This document shows, in pieces, positions 26,420-37,870 of a stretch of 64,000 bases of DNA. This DNA comes from Paraspadella gotoi. Its lineage: Eukaryota; Animalia; Chaetognatha. A model generated the notes under the pieces. The model worked only from the letters and a program-made list of their open reading frames with translations. It was not told where the DNA came from and did no database searches. A program made the position numbers and the translations under genes. Location of the stretch: positions 14,152,414 to 14,216,413 of the forward strand of contig CM119263.1 of assembly GCA_051294375.1 (NCBI GenBank), in the 5' to 3' direction. Every line of letters begins with the position of its first letter. The first letter of the stretch is position 1.

Positions 26420-27480
26420 CCAATCCAACCATCGCCGCCGCGCACCCGGCGCAAATTGCGTTGGCGCCGGAAGCGAAGACGAAGGCGGCGCGATTTGAGC
26501 AGAAGGCGTCGACGACGGCGCCGGCTGCGACGGGGACGGAGGCGAAACCCACGGCGATGAGCACGTTGACGATGGCGGTGGCGTCGACGAATTCGTCTCT
26601 GCCGACCAAGTCCTGAATGATGACGATACGAAGTGTCACGCATGCGCCATTGAAGGCGCCGTACGCGGCCGAGTAGGCGGCGAATCCGGCGTAGGAGTCG
26701 GTGAAGACGACGCCGGCGTCCAGTCCGGCGCCAATAAGGAAAATTACGCAGGCGACGGCGACGCGTCGCTCGCGTAACGCTCCAGTATCCGTGGCGGCGC
26801 CACAAATCAATCGACCGCCGAGATTGAAAGCCGCGTTGATCGACAAAAGGGAAGCGGCGTCCAAGTCGGCGACGCCAGAGTCCCGCGCCAACGAAGGAAG
26901 GAAGTTGCCGGCAAACCAGGCGGTCGGGTTGGCGACGAAGTGAACGAGGGCGTGGAGCGCCATCGCCGGTCGGAAAATCGAGGATCGAGACGCGAGACGG
27001 AGAAATTGAGAGAAGAAGTCGAGGCAATTTTGACGAAAAGTCGGCGCTACTTGGTTTGATTCTTGGTAGGGTTTTGGCGTGGTTTGTGTAAAGGGTTGAG
27101 AATCTTCAAAGCGTTCGCCCTCTGGACGTTGGTCACTTTGCGTCTTGATGTCTTCGACGATCAACTCATCCTTATCATCCTCCATCAACTCTACTTTCTC
27201 TTCAGCATCACTCCCAACTCTCGGCAACGGACGGAACAGCATCCCGCCCACGCAGATGTGCAGCATCACTCCGCCGATGAGCAGCATCGTCCCGGATATG
27301 GAATACTCCTCCATCATGAGCACGAAGAGCGTCGGGAGCGTCAGTCCGCCCACCGACGTGCCCGCCAAGGCCAATCCCGTCGCCAGAGATCGACGCCGAT
27401 CGAAGTAGAATCCGACGAGCGTGACGGCGGGGAGATAAGAGAGGGCGCCCGCGACGCCGTGGAAGAAAGAGAAGGAGGTT
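26328..27480 (-). CDS. SLC16/monocarboxylate transporter family (MFS) gene, last coding exon
   Basis: Acceptor tctttcag|A at 27481/27480. Translation continues R-TSFSFFHGVAGALSYLPAVTLVGFYFDRRRSLATGLALAGTSVGG, matching the SLC16 TM5 signature YFxxRRxLAxGxAxAG, in frame with ORF 26328..27374. Hydrophobic TMs, a charged central loop and a second TM bundle follow; TGA at 26330-26328. Confidence 0.93.
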
Positions 27481-27860
27481 CTGAAAGAATGGAGGGAAGA
27501 ATTCTCTAATTATATGTAAAATTGTACATAGTACAATTAGTACATCAAGGCATACTCAGGAACTCTAATCTCCCTACAAGACCAAACTATGTATTTATTT
27601 AAACGTCAATGTATGCACTCAGATTGTAATAATATATTTTCAGAATATATAAAGCAAGTTGACAAGATAAAGGTGTTCATTTTTTTCCAAATATTTCGAT
27701 TTATATGACTTGTAACTTCAGCCGCTGATAAATAACGATGAATCAAGATTAATTTAAGAATCTAAGTGGAACTATTTGGTTTAAAAATACTGCAGTGTAA
27801 TTATCTTATACTAGACCATTGCTTTTTACTTTTTCCTTCCCTCAAGTCCTCAGTATATAC
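27481..27860 (-). other. Spliceosomal intron (380 bp, phase 2) of the SLC16 gene
   Basis: Donor GAG|GTATAT at 27861/27860 and acceptor TTCTTTCAG| at 27481; AT-rich; the junction AG|A (Arg) keeps the frame, giving a 1608-nt CDS and 535 aa. Confidence 0.9.
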
Positions 27861-28315
27861 CTCATCCCCTCCACCGAGCCAACAGCCCCCGCCACGACGT
27901 TTCCCGCGGCAGCGCAGATCCCGCCAACGACCACGAGTTGACGCGGCGACAGGCCCCGCCGCATCAGAAGCGCCGCCGCTGGCGACAGGAAGAAGCTGAT
28001 GCTAAATGCGGTAGACATCACGGAAGTCAACTCGGCATTGGTCGCCGCTGGAAACGCGGACCGGAAGCCGAGATACAAGGCACCGGCAGATTTGTATAGT
28101 CCGGAGTAGCAAAAGTGGACGAGGAAGCAGCCGGAGACGATGGCCCACCCCCAGGGGTCGTCTGAGCGCGGGTCGTTGGGCAAAGAAGTGGGCGGTTGAC
28201 TCTGCTCCGCGTCGTCGGCAGCGTCGGCGGTGCAGAAAGAGTTGACATTTTCGTTCGCGTCGCTTTCGAGGTTGTCGACTTTTTGTCGATTCAATCGTTG
28301 TGTTTTGTTCATCAT
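27861..28315 (-). CDS. SLC16/monocarboxylate transporter family (MFS) gene, first identifiable coding exon
   Basis: DDPWGWAIVSGCFLVHFCYSGLYKS matches the SLC16 N-terminal PDGGWGW...K motif and is followed by TM2-TM3. The start ATG is uncertain because an acceptor-like site lies 17 nt upstream. Confidence 0.9.
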
Positions 28316-28341
28316 TAAAATTATTTCACGGGCTATTGAAA

Positions 28342-28460
<119 letters not shown>

Positions 28461-28913
28461 CTATTGTTCCGTAAATGTGAGTGAACGTGGATTTTTATTT
28501 TTTTCTTATTTTTAAATTATTGCTCTGAGAATTACTCTAGTATTTACCCCGCATTTATTGATCTGTTCTTTCGACTTTCTCCTGAACTGGCGAGTAAAAT
28601 GAAAACAGTCTCTCTATCGGTCCAAATTTCACAGCACAGTAACTCAGGCACTCGCATTATTTACAAATTACAGTCCGAGTGAAATCGCTATCGAAAAGAA
28701 AATTACATTAAAAAAAAGGAAAATGTTGAAGAGGTCCAAGATTAAGAGCAAGGATTGTCCTCAATGCACAGTAGAGTGGAACACTCAAGAACAAAAAATT
28801 TACTTGAATGTTCGAACAAGGATATTTAGGTGTACAGTAGTACAAAAAATATTTTGTTCATATTGTCTCGGGAACAGAACAGTAAAATATAATATATTTG
28901 TAGTAATCTTCTT

Positions 28914-29353
28914 TGTGTTTTTTCCTTTCTGTTTCATTATGATTTGATTGAGAACAAAGTTTTGAAGAGAGATGTAGTCGGGCATTGCCTAGGTTCACCC
29001 CGCCTATAAGCATAACTCTTTCAGTAGTGACCCGGTGGCTCATTGAGTAAAGCCATCAGCTTATGACCACTAGGTACCGGGTTCAGTTCCAACCCGGTAC
29101 CTACCCTGCGGGAAGAGTGAGGATGGCCGTAAGCCGCTTTGGGGGCGTGGCAAACCCTCAAGCCTGTTTCCAAGCCCAGGACCCGTTCCATGTCTGTTAG
29201 AGGGGGTTATAGAAGTTATGGATAGTCATCTTCTGCCCACTTAGCGCCTTATCCACAGAGATTTAACAACGATTTTTATTTCATAGTGAAACGGATGTTT
29301 CGACTCACTATGAAATAAAAATTGTTGTTAAATCTCTCTTCAAAACTTTGTTC
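28914..29353. mobile_element. Composite insertion: fold-back (palindromic) element flanked by a 13-bp direct repeat
   Basis: TAGTAATCTTCTT at 28901-28913 and 29354-29366; perfect 23-bp inverted repeat 28951-28973 / 29332-29354; internal 33-bp hairpin 29257-29338. Confidence 0.7.
28974..29256 (+). mobile_element. tRNA-derived SINE-like (or solo-LTR-like) insertion nested in the fold-back element
   Basis: GC-rich 283 bp flanked by AGAGAT repeats (28968-28973, 29257-29262). A-box-like TGGCTCATTGAG with D-arm pairing TGGCT/AGCCA, B-box-like GGTTCAGTTCC inside a perfect 13-bp stem TAGGTACCGGGTT/AACCCGGTACCTA. Confidence 0.6.
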
Positions 29354-29750
29354 TAGTAATCTTCTTATAATATAGTAAATTTTCAAAATAATTTCTTTAA
29401 AACTTTTAATAAAGATTCAGATTCTTCATAAAAAGTTGAATCAAAAATATAAAACATATTATCAAAAATTCTGTCATCTTCAGCGTTTAAAACGGGAACA
29501 AAGGTTAAAAATTCATGACTTTTTTATTCTCTGTATTAGAAACTTATATATGTTAAAACGTTTTAATCATTTTTTGTTATCCAAACATTAAAATATCATA
29601 TAACATATTTTATAAAAGTTTCTTAATTTTTTATGGCGAATCCAAATCTATTCTTAAAAATTCAAAAAAAATTATTTTGAAATTTAACGATTTTATAAGG
29701 ATAAAAAAAATACTGAAGAGACAGTAATTATTAATAAGTGTTAATGACAG

Positions 29751-29926
29751 AACCGTTCAATATAAGCAGTCCCTGAGCTTCGGATCAGGCTGTAACACCA
29801 TGTTACAGGCGGGTTAAGCGCCCCGTCCCTCTTAACTGCCAGACGACCACCGGGCTAGAACCCCGGACCTTTGGGTTGGGAGGCGAATGACTTGCCTCCG
29901 GCACCAATGGCCGCTGATGAACGGTT
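29751..29926 (-). mobile_element. Short element with tRNA(Gly-like)-derived head, bounded by 9-bp inverted repeats
   Basis: Minus strand 29914-29843 is 72 nt with acceptor stem GCGGCCA/TGGTCGT, T-arm CCGGG/CCCGG, loop CTCCCAA and a broken anticodon stem. Ends are AACCGTTCA (29751) and TGAACGGTT (29918-29926). Confidence 0.6.
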
Positions 29927-30211
29927 GGTGGATTTTAGTCCACCATAATACATAAAAAATTGAATTTAATATACTGTTATGTTAAAAAAATTTTTAAAAG
30001 GGTTTAAAATTTATTAATTACATGTCAATAGGCAGCAAAAAAATAATGTTCAATCACTCAATCTTTTCATCACTCCACCCTAATGCACATTGCAACGAAT
30101 CGAGGAAAATTTCCTTGCCTTGCTTTTTGAATTCATTCGTCCTGTCGGAGAATTTCTAGGCAGAGGGACGAATGAAAATGTGGATTATTTTTCGTTCGTT
30201 CAGAATGCGCG

Positions 30212-30288
<77 letters not shown>

Positions 30289-31194
30289 CAGAGACAAAGA
30301 TGGAAAGAGAGAGAGAAATTGCGCGGAAAGAACGTAATCCCTAAAAAGCTTTATTGAAAATCTTGGTAAGAATAGACGTTCGAATCCCCGGCTGAGAAGA
30401 AACAATTTTTAGTCTTTATTGAAATAAAAAGCAGAATTGGATTAAATTCGATTCCCTTTCGGTTTATTGCTGATTGTTGTTTCTTTAAACGATGTCGTTG
30501 CATCTAATTTGTTCCGTCCATCGCACAAATGCATCTCCCGATTTACCGAATCTATTTATACTGTTTGGCCTCCTTTTGCTCGACTTAAACCTCTTCTTTC
30601 CAAAGTTTCATTCGATCCTCAATTAACTGGTTTCCAGAATTTATGAGGTTTTCAAAAATGAAAACATCGCGTGTCGCTTTGGCTGCAGGAATCGCGTATG
30701 CGTTGAACAATGAACATGTAATGTTTTATAGGGCGATAATTAATGATTAGTTTTGAATTTATTTCAATACCACGAACATAAATTCCATTGGAAAAAAAAA
30801 TAATAAAAGGCTTTTAAGTACATTTATAAGAATTAATAAAATAAAATTGACAATATTTTGAGAAACTTAATGTTTTATATTATATTTAAACCAAGAAAAA
30901 GTAGTAAAACTAAGAAAAAAAGAAGCAAGAAAGAATAATATCAAGGTGGTGAGATTTCGGGCAAAGGAAGGAGGCGGAGAACGGAGGAGGGGGGCGAGGA
31001 GGGGGGGGGGAGAGTTTTGAAAAGAATCCGTTGGAGAGGGAGGATCCAGAATCCAGGAGCAGTAAACTCAGGAAAAAAAAAGGAAAAAAGAAAGGAAAAG
31101 GGAAAAGGAAAAGCGAAAGGGAGTGGAGAATTAAGGGGCGAGACCGCGAAAAATTTGAGGAGACTAAAAGGTTTGTCCGGCCAAAGAGAGGACT

Positions 31195-31252
<58 letters not shown>

Positions 31253-31397
31253 AAGGGCGAAACTATTCTCGTTCCTTTCTTAATATTTACCGTTTAGAGA
31301 GAACTTGGTCCGCATCTGTCGTTCTAGGTTCTACATCATCATCATCATCATATTCTCTTTCTCACTCCTTCTCTCTTTCTCTCTCTCACTCTCTCTC

Positions 31398-31489
<92 letters not shown>

Positions 31490-33746
31490 TTTAAAACATT
31501 TTAAGATCTAATTTCGCCGAGGACTCACGTTCCAAATCGGGACCGGGCATGACGACACCAATTATCAGGTTATTAAGGGAAACTCGACAAACATTCGCGA
31601 CAAATAAATTTCTAGGGATTATTTTTTTTCCCCTTCTTCCAAATGGAGCCGAAGAAATGGAATCGCTCTCTCTTTCGGTCAATGCGCGTTCTGCAGTTCT
31701 GTTCTTCTTGTCTCGATCTCTTCATAGAAAGACTCACCTTACCATTTCACATTCAGTCATACTTTTTGAACAAAACTTCTTTGAGCATTTCAGCATTATC
31801 ATTATGATTATCATTCATCCACTTATACTCACGGCTCATTCGTATATTTTAATATTTCCCTTCCAACTTTTATCACCTCAAAGTTCTCAAAATCACTTCG
31901 ATATTCTCACCTCACTCCCCAGTCCCCATCGGCACGTAGTGACAAAAATGCCTCTCAAATGCGAGATTCCAATGGGCGTGGCTTCGGCGTTAAATGCAGT
32001 TGCCATTGATTCTCCTCACGAAATCTCTATTACTCGCTCGATTTCGGTGAAGAGAGATAAGAATGGATCCATTTCCCAAAGTTCACAAATGTCGCCCCTC
32101 GCCTCACAGAAGATCAAACTGCGTTCAATTCCTAATGGATCTTATTTTTAAGTGAAATGGATATCGTTATAAATATTTAAACGCAGTTTTCTGAGTAATT
32201 TTTCATTTGTTAAATTAAGTAGCTTTTATACAGTGCTTTCTTCGAATCAATTTTAGCATTGGGAAGTAGCTGTTGCCGTAAATGTGCAGCCTAAAAGCTG
32301 AGTCAGTGAATCGGCGTCTGTGAGGTCCCTTTGTCGCCGACTCCGCCCTCTCAGAATTGCGTTTAAAACGACGACGATAACGACGACGACGACGACGACG
32401 GCTCAGAACGATCGAAATGACGACGACGAATACGACTGCGATACGTTTTGCTGTCTTCGTTGCTTCTTAGTATTTTTCCTACTCATTAACTTGAGTTTTT
32501 ATTTTCCTCTGCCTAGTGCCTACGTATCGCATGAAGAAAGAAATTTTCAATTAGTTTTTTTTTCCTTTTCTTGCCCAAATACGTAACGTAGGATTAAATT
32601 GAATTAAAGGCGACCGAAATACAAATCCTGACAAATGTTGTCACAGACCGGGCCGCCTGCACGCCCGGAACATGTCGGGCGAATCGGGCCGACAAGTGAC
32701 TCGAGGCCGTTCGTGACGATGCGTCCAATAACAGGATTTCGATGTATAATCCTGTGTAATTCGACTTTTTTTCTCAGTTTAAAATAACAATTCGAGCTCG
32801 AAAATTGTTCGGTCTCGACCGCCGAACGACGACAAAGCAGCGAACAAAGTGTCGTCATTATTATGTCGTCGTCGTTGTCGTCGTCGTTGTCGTCGTCGTC
32901 GTTCCTTTTGTCGGTCAAGATTTCTTGCTTCGTTTTTCTCACGAAGAATTTCCTTTTAAACAAAAAAGTTTTTCAAACATCTTCATTTTCGAGATAGGTT
33001 CATTTTAACCCATTTTTTTTTCTTGAATATATGTCTTTTTTTCTTGTGCCAATTCATTGGTCGTTTGTTTTTGATGTTTTTAATATTTTATTGTTGTTAT
33101 TTCTGTGGTTTATGTTATTTTTTGGGTTATTGTTGTTTTGCTGTTGTTTAGTCGGCGATTTGTAGTGCCTTCACACTACTTTTCTCTTTCCTTTTTGTTT
33201 GCCTTACTCCCTTTCTTACTTTACTTATCCCTCCTTGCTCCCCTTCATTACCTCTTCTTACCCCTTTATCCCCCGACGCCCGCCGGGAGCCGGTTTCGCG
33301 CCAAAGTAAACATAAACAAACTCGGTTCGATCGAATCGTCGTTAAAACTTTTCCCCTTTTCTTCGAACAAAAGGACAAAGGGAGAAGGAATCGATTCGAT
33401 TTGTTTGGGTTACAGGATGCATTGTATTTTCTTTGTTGCCGCGCATTCTGTAATTGTACGCCATGTATGGCCCTCGGTCGATATTTCTCTATGTTTAACA
33501 GTTATAGAGCTCTCTTGAGGTTTTTAAGAGGGAGAGAATAGAGAGAGAGACTGAGAGAGTGAGAGAGCGAGACAAAAAAATCCGGCGTTTAAACCAGCTG
33601 CAATGAGTTAATAGATTGCATGGAGATTGGATAAACTCTAAATTTTGCTCTTTTTTCTCAAATATTTTCAGTTTTTTAAAGTCATAATGTAATAATAGGA
33701 GTAAAATTAAATATTTTACTTATAATAATTTATTATATACGTTTTC

Positions 33747-33784
<38 letters not shown>

Positions 33785-34629
33785 GAGAGAACGTAAGAAC
33801 GTAAGATATTCAATATTCACGAGCTGTTTGGCGCGGCCACGATCACGTTTGGCCGTTCACTGTATATACATCAATCCGACATGACGGTTCGACCTCGTCA
33901 TCGTCGTCAGCGTCGTCAGCGTCGTCGTTGTCTGCTCTTAGTTTATGACTTCTTGTCATTGACTTCATCGTTAAACCAGACGCATTCTCATTTGTTGATT
34001 TATTTAGACTCGGATTCTTTATAACTCTATTGTTAGTAGGAACCACTCCGCCTGAGGCTGATTTCAATCAAGTGCACGTCGTATTTACGTCTCAAAACGG
34101 GCTCCGTGATTATTATCTAAATTTCAAGGAATAAATATAAAAATATATATAAGTTTATCCGTAACAAAAGTAACCCGAAATTTTGTCGGTTTTGTCTGTC
34201 ATTCTCTGAATTATTTGTCTGCGGTTTGATATCCGGAGTCGAAAATATATTTTGGCGAGAGGCTTGCGTTGCAGCATTGCAGAATGGGCATATCGACAAG
34301 AGGTAACGGAGAAACGGAATCGTTATCAAAGAACAATGGATGAAATAATTAAATAGTTTAACGGTAAAATCCGGCTCGAGAAATCTCTAATGCTTTGCCA
34401 TTTGGATTATTGCTTCGGTCGCTAGAGACAAAAAGTCCGAAGGTTTTTGGCTTCGTTTTTCCCTGACCTTTCCCTTCCATTCTCCTTTCGATTCTCCCAT
34501 CCATTCTTCCAACCATTCTCCCTTCCTTTCTCCCTTTAATTTTCTTTTATGTTCGCCATGAAAACTTCGTTTCGTTGACAGAAAAAACCGTTGAAAATTT
34601 CGTGGAAAAAAGTCGTAAAAGGCAGAGAT

Positions 34630-34770
34630 GAGATGAGGCGGAGGTTGGGGGTTGAGGAGATGAAGAATGAGGTTGAGATGAGAAGATGAGAAAATGGATT
34701 GAGGAGATGAATAACCAGGTTGAGATGAGAAGATGAGAAAATGGATTGAGGAGATGAATATCCAGGTTGA
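34630..34770. repeat. Degenerate ~48-bp tandem duplication (AGGTTGAGATGAGAAGATGAGAAAATGGATTGAGGAGATGAATA)
   Basis: Two near-exact copies plus partial flanking copies. Confidence 0.8.
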
Positions 34771-35828
34771 GTTAAAAGGATAAAAAACGGTGGTGGGAAG
34801 GTTGAAGTAGACATGAGAAAGATATAAGAAATAGAAGAGAAGAAGAAAGCGAAACAAAGGGGATTTAAGTCGGATGAACTTTATCCTTTAATCCGAAATA
34901 ATCACCGATTCTTCTCGTTAAATAGGGAATCCGGGATTGAAATCTCGCTTGAAGGGCCAACCCGGCTTAAGCCCCAGTTTAGGCACAATTCATTTAATTA
35001 AAACCCCAAATTTGACATTTAGTCCATGTTCTCTCAGAGTCAGCAGCGAATCTGATTAAATAAATTCTCGTCGTCTCAATTCAGTATGTAACAACAGCTC
35101 GCTTTCACCGATTCAGACGCGTAGTTTTATTTGAAAAAAAAAATTCAATGAGGCTCAAGATTAAACAATTGGCTCATGATTAAACAATTAATTAATCAAT
35201 TAATTAAAACAATTAATTAAACAATTAAACAGCTCATGATTAAACAATTGGCCACTGCAAAATTCATATCCTCTTCCGCAAAATATTAATCTAATTCCAT
35301 CTCAAACTCAATGAAGGAAATTCCACAGTTTCTTCTCGCCTTCGATTCACGATTTCCTCGCGGTTTCCACACTTGAAGCTGCGAACTCGACAACCTCGTT
35401 GCCTTGTCCCACTTTTCCCCCGCTCTCACAAAGGCGGCGGCGTTATATTCCGTCCACCCGGTGGCCTCACGGAACTCCAAAATTTACGGCCCGTTCACCG
35501 CGGTAAAACTTTCTTTGCCCAGATTTACGGCAGTTTAAATTTTTTATGACTTTGCCTTTTTTTTTTTTGTTTGTCGAAGAGAGAGAGAGAGAGATAGAGG
35601 AGAGAGAAGAGAGAGACGAGAGAGAGAGAGAGAGAGTGAGAGAGAGAGAGAGAGAGAGGAGAGAGACAGAGAAGAGAGAGAGAGAGAGAGAAAAGAGCGT
35701 TTGGTAACTTTCTTTATTCTAAAAAAGGCACGGACAATTATTAAAAATAATTTTTTTACATTTTTACTCATATACGTCTCATGAAGAAATTAAATTCAGG
35801 TATCAATAAACCAAAAAAAAATGTTTTT

Positions 35829-36736
35829 CACGTGAAATGAATAAATATCCCGTCGGTCATCGTAAAAGTCATCGGCCTAAATGCTCCGTCCCAAATTTCT
35901 TTCAGCCTCGATTCCCCTTTTTTTCTTTCGGCTTTGATACCTTCTATATTTTCTTTTTTTTTATTATTACGCCATTGATCCGTTGTTTTTTTCTTTCCCT
36001 TTTGCTGGTCGGCTTTTTCGATCTCCATGGAAACGAATCGCGATCCAAATGTCGACGCAACCGACACAAAAGGAAGATCGTAAATTTTTTATGAAAGAGA
36101 GCGAGTCGGCGGATCAGAGGATTGCGTGAGATCACGTGATGACTGGGTCTCACTCTCGAGTTATTGTGACGTCGAGGTCGTCTCACATCCGCTACCGCGT
36201 TCGTCTAACATTAATCCGTGCGTTTGTCTCAATCGTCTTTTTATAAATTGTTCCTTCTGTTCACGTTCATTTCACGTTTATTCCACTAACTTTAATTCCT
36301 AGAAGAATAATTAAAAAGTTAAGCAAACGTTTTCCGCCACTCGTTCCTCCTCCCGCGCATCCCGAGTTCAGCCAATAACGTTCGTCTTGGACGTTTTCCA
36401 CCAATGAACAATGGATAAACATCTCACTCTACCAATCAACTTGTGGACCAACTATTTCTCCCCCCCTCCACCCCCCGGCTCTACCCGACCCCTCGCGTCG
36501 AGACGACGTTTTATAAATCAGAAAGTCGCGTCAAATCCTCGCCCACGTGACTGGATCTAACTTTGGCCACGTGACGGCGGATCTTCGTCATGTGACCTAA
36601 AGTCAAAAGCCCCCGACTCCGAAGTCGGACTCGTAAATTTGGCGATTCTGTCAAAGACTCCGGTCCCGCGCCATGGGCAAGAAATGGAAAGAAGGGGGGT
36701 GGACGGACTGGAAACGGGCAGAGAGAGACGAGATGA

Positions 36737-36807
<71 letters not shown>

Positions 36808-37051
36808 AAGTCGGAGGAGATGAGACAGATAAGACTAGTGCATAACTCATCTCAGTCGATATATTTTTTTTCTGGAATTGCGAAAGACGCAGACAAAAAA
36901 AGAAGAAAGAAAAAGGAAAAAAGGAAAGAAAGAAGATAAAGACAAACTCGTCTCGCCACAAACTCTTTCCCTCGAAATACTTGAGCCAAAAACCTTTACG
37001 CGGTCGATGGCATCGATCACGTGACTAGAGGAATAAACTTTAGGTCACGTG
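35829..37051. promoter_or_regulatory. E-box/M-box cluster
   Basis: CACGTG at 35829, 36133, 36544, 36568, 37018 and 37046, and GTCATGTGAC around 36589. Confidence 0.35.
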
Positions 37052-37797
37052 ATGACTTCATTCGAGGAATCGTTTTATGTTTGCGGTCATCGGAAACGAA
37101 GGAACAAAGGATCCCGCCCGTCTCCGGGTCGATTTACATACGGAATTATCACCCCTAGTTACATCCGGTCGCGGGGCTTGACAAACGGTGATATCAGATC
37201 ACGGTGTTGGTCTGAAAACTCAGTGAGCAGACAACTATTTCACCTTAGAATTTGGTTTTATTCTCGATTTTCTCTTCGATCATCAATTTTCTCGTTGTTT
37301 CTCTTCTTTAACTACTATAATAGAATTGTACCTTCTTTGGACCTCCCTTCATCAACTGGGATCAGTTGGCGAGGATCAGTTCGGCGTTGCCCCGTTTTAT
37401 CTCTTCATATCTCGAATCTCGGCTTCATCCTGGTCTTACGCTGGCTGAGCTTTCATAGGCCGCTGCGTACTACGAGTACGAGATGAATTTCATCCGGGAT
37501 TTTCGGGAAAGTCGTGTCAGAGTCTTTTTTTTTTCCGGAGATTAAATCGTCATATTTGATCTCGCAACGATACTTTTTCGGTTTTTTTTTCTTATTAGAT
37601 TGCCAATTTTATTTATATTTTTAATTCTTTATTCTACGTCAAATTAAATGAATTATGGCTATTACTCATTTTCAATATTTTATAGAATAAATCCGCTAAA
37701 TAAAATTTTAATTATTCTCCTTACAACGCTGAAATGTTTCTCTCTAATTTGTGGAGAAAACTCGAGCTGGTATCATAGATACACTAGGAAAAAGGTC

Positions 37798-37870
37798 AAA
37801 TGATTGGCTGAACTCAATTTGCATTTTACGATAGCAAAATGATTGGCCGGATCCAATTAGCATTTTACGA
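37798..37870. promoter_or_regulatory. Duplicated CCAAT + octamer + TTTTACGA module
   Basis: AAATGATTGGC-TGAACTCA-ATTTGCAT-TTTACGA followed by AAATGATTGGC-CGGATCCA-ATTAGCAT-TTTACGA; ETS-like CGGAAGT about 25 bp downstream. Confidence 0.45.

Noticed and set aside
26320-27509. Overlapping alternative-frame and antisense ORFs (26320..27027, 26701..26943, 27063..27509)
   Set aside because: Shadow ORFs caused by the GC-rich codon usage of the SLC16 exon.
31549-32151. 200-aa + strand ORF
   Set aside because: No recognisable domain, composition resembles non-coding pyrimidine-rich DNA, and no splice or codon-bias support.
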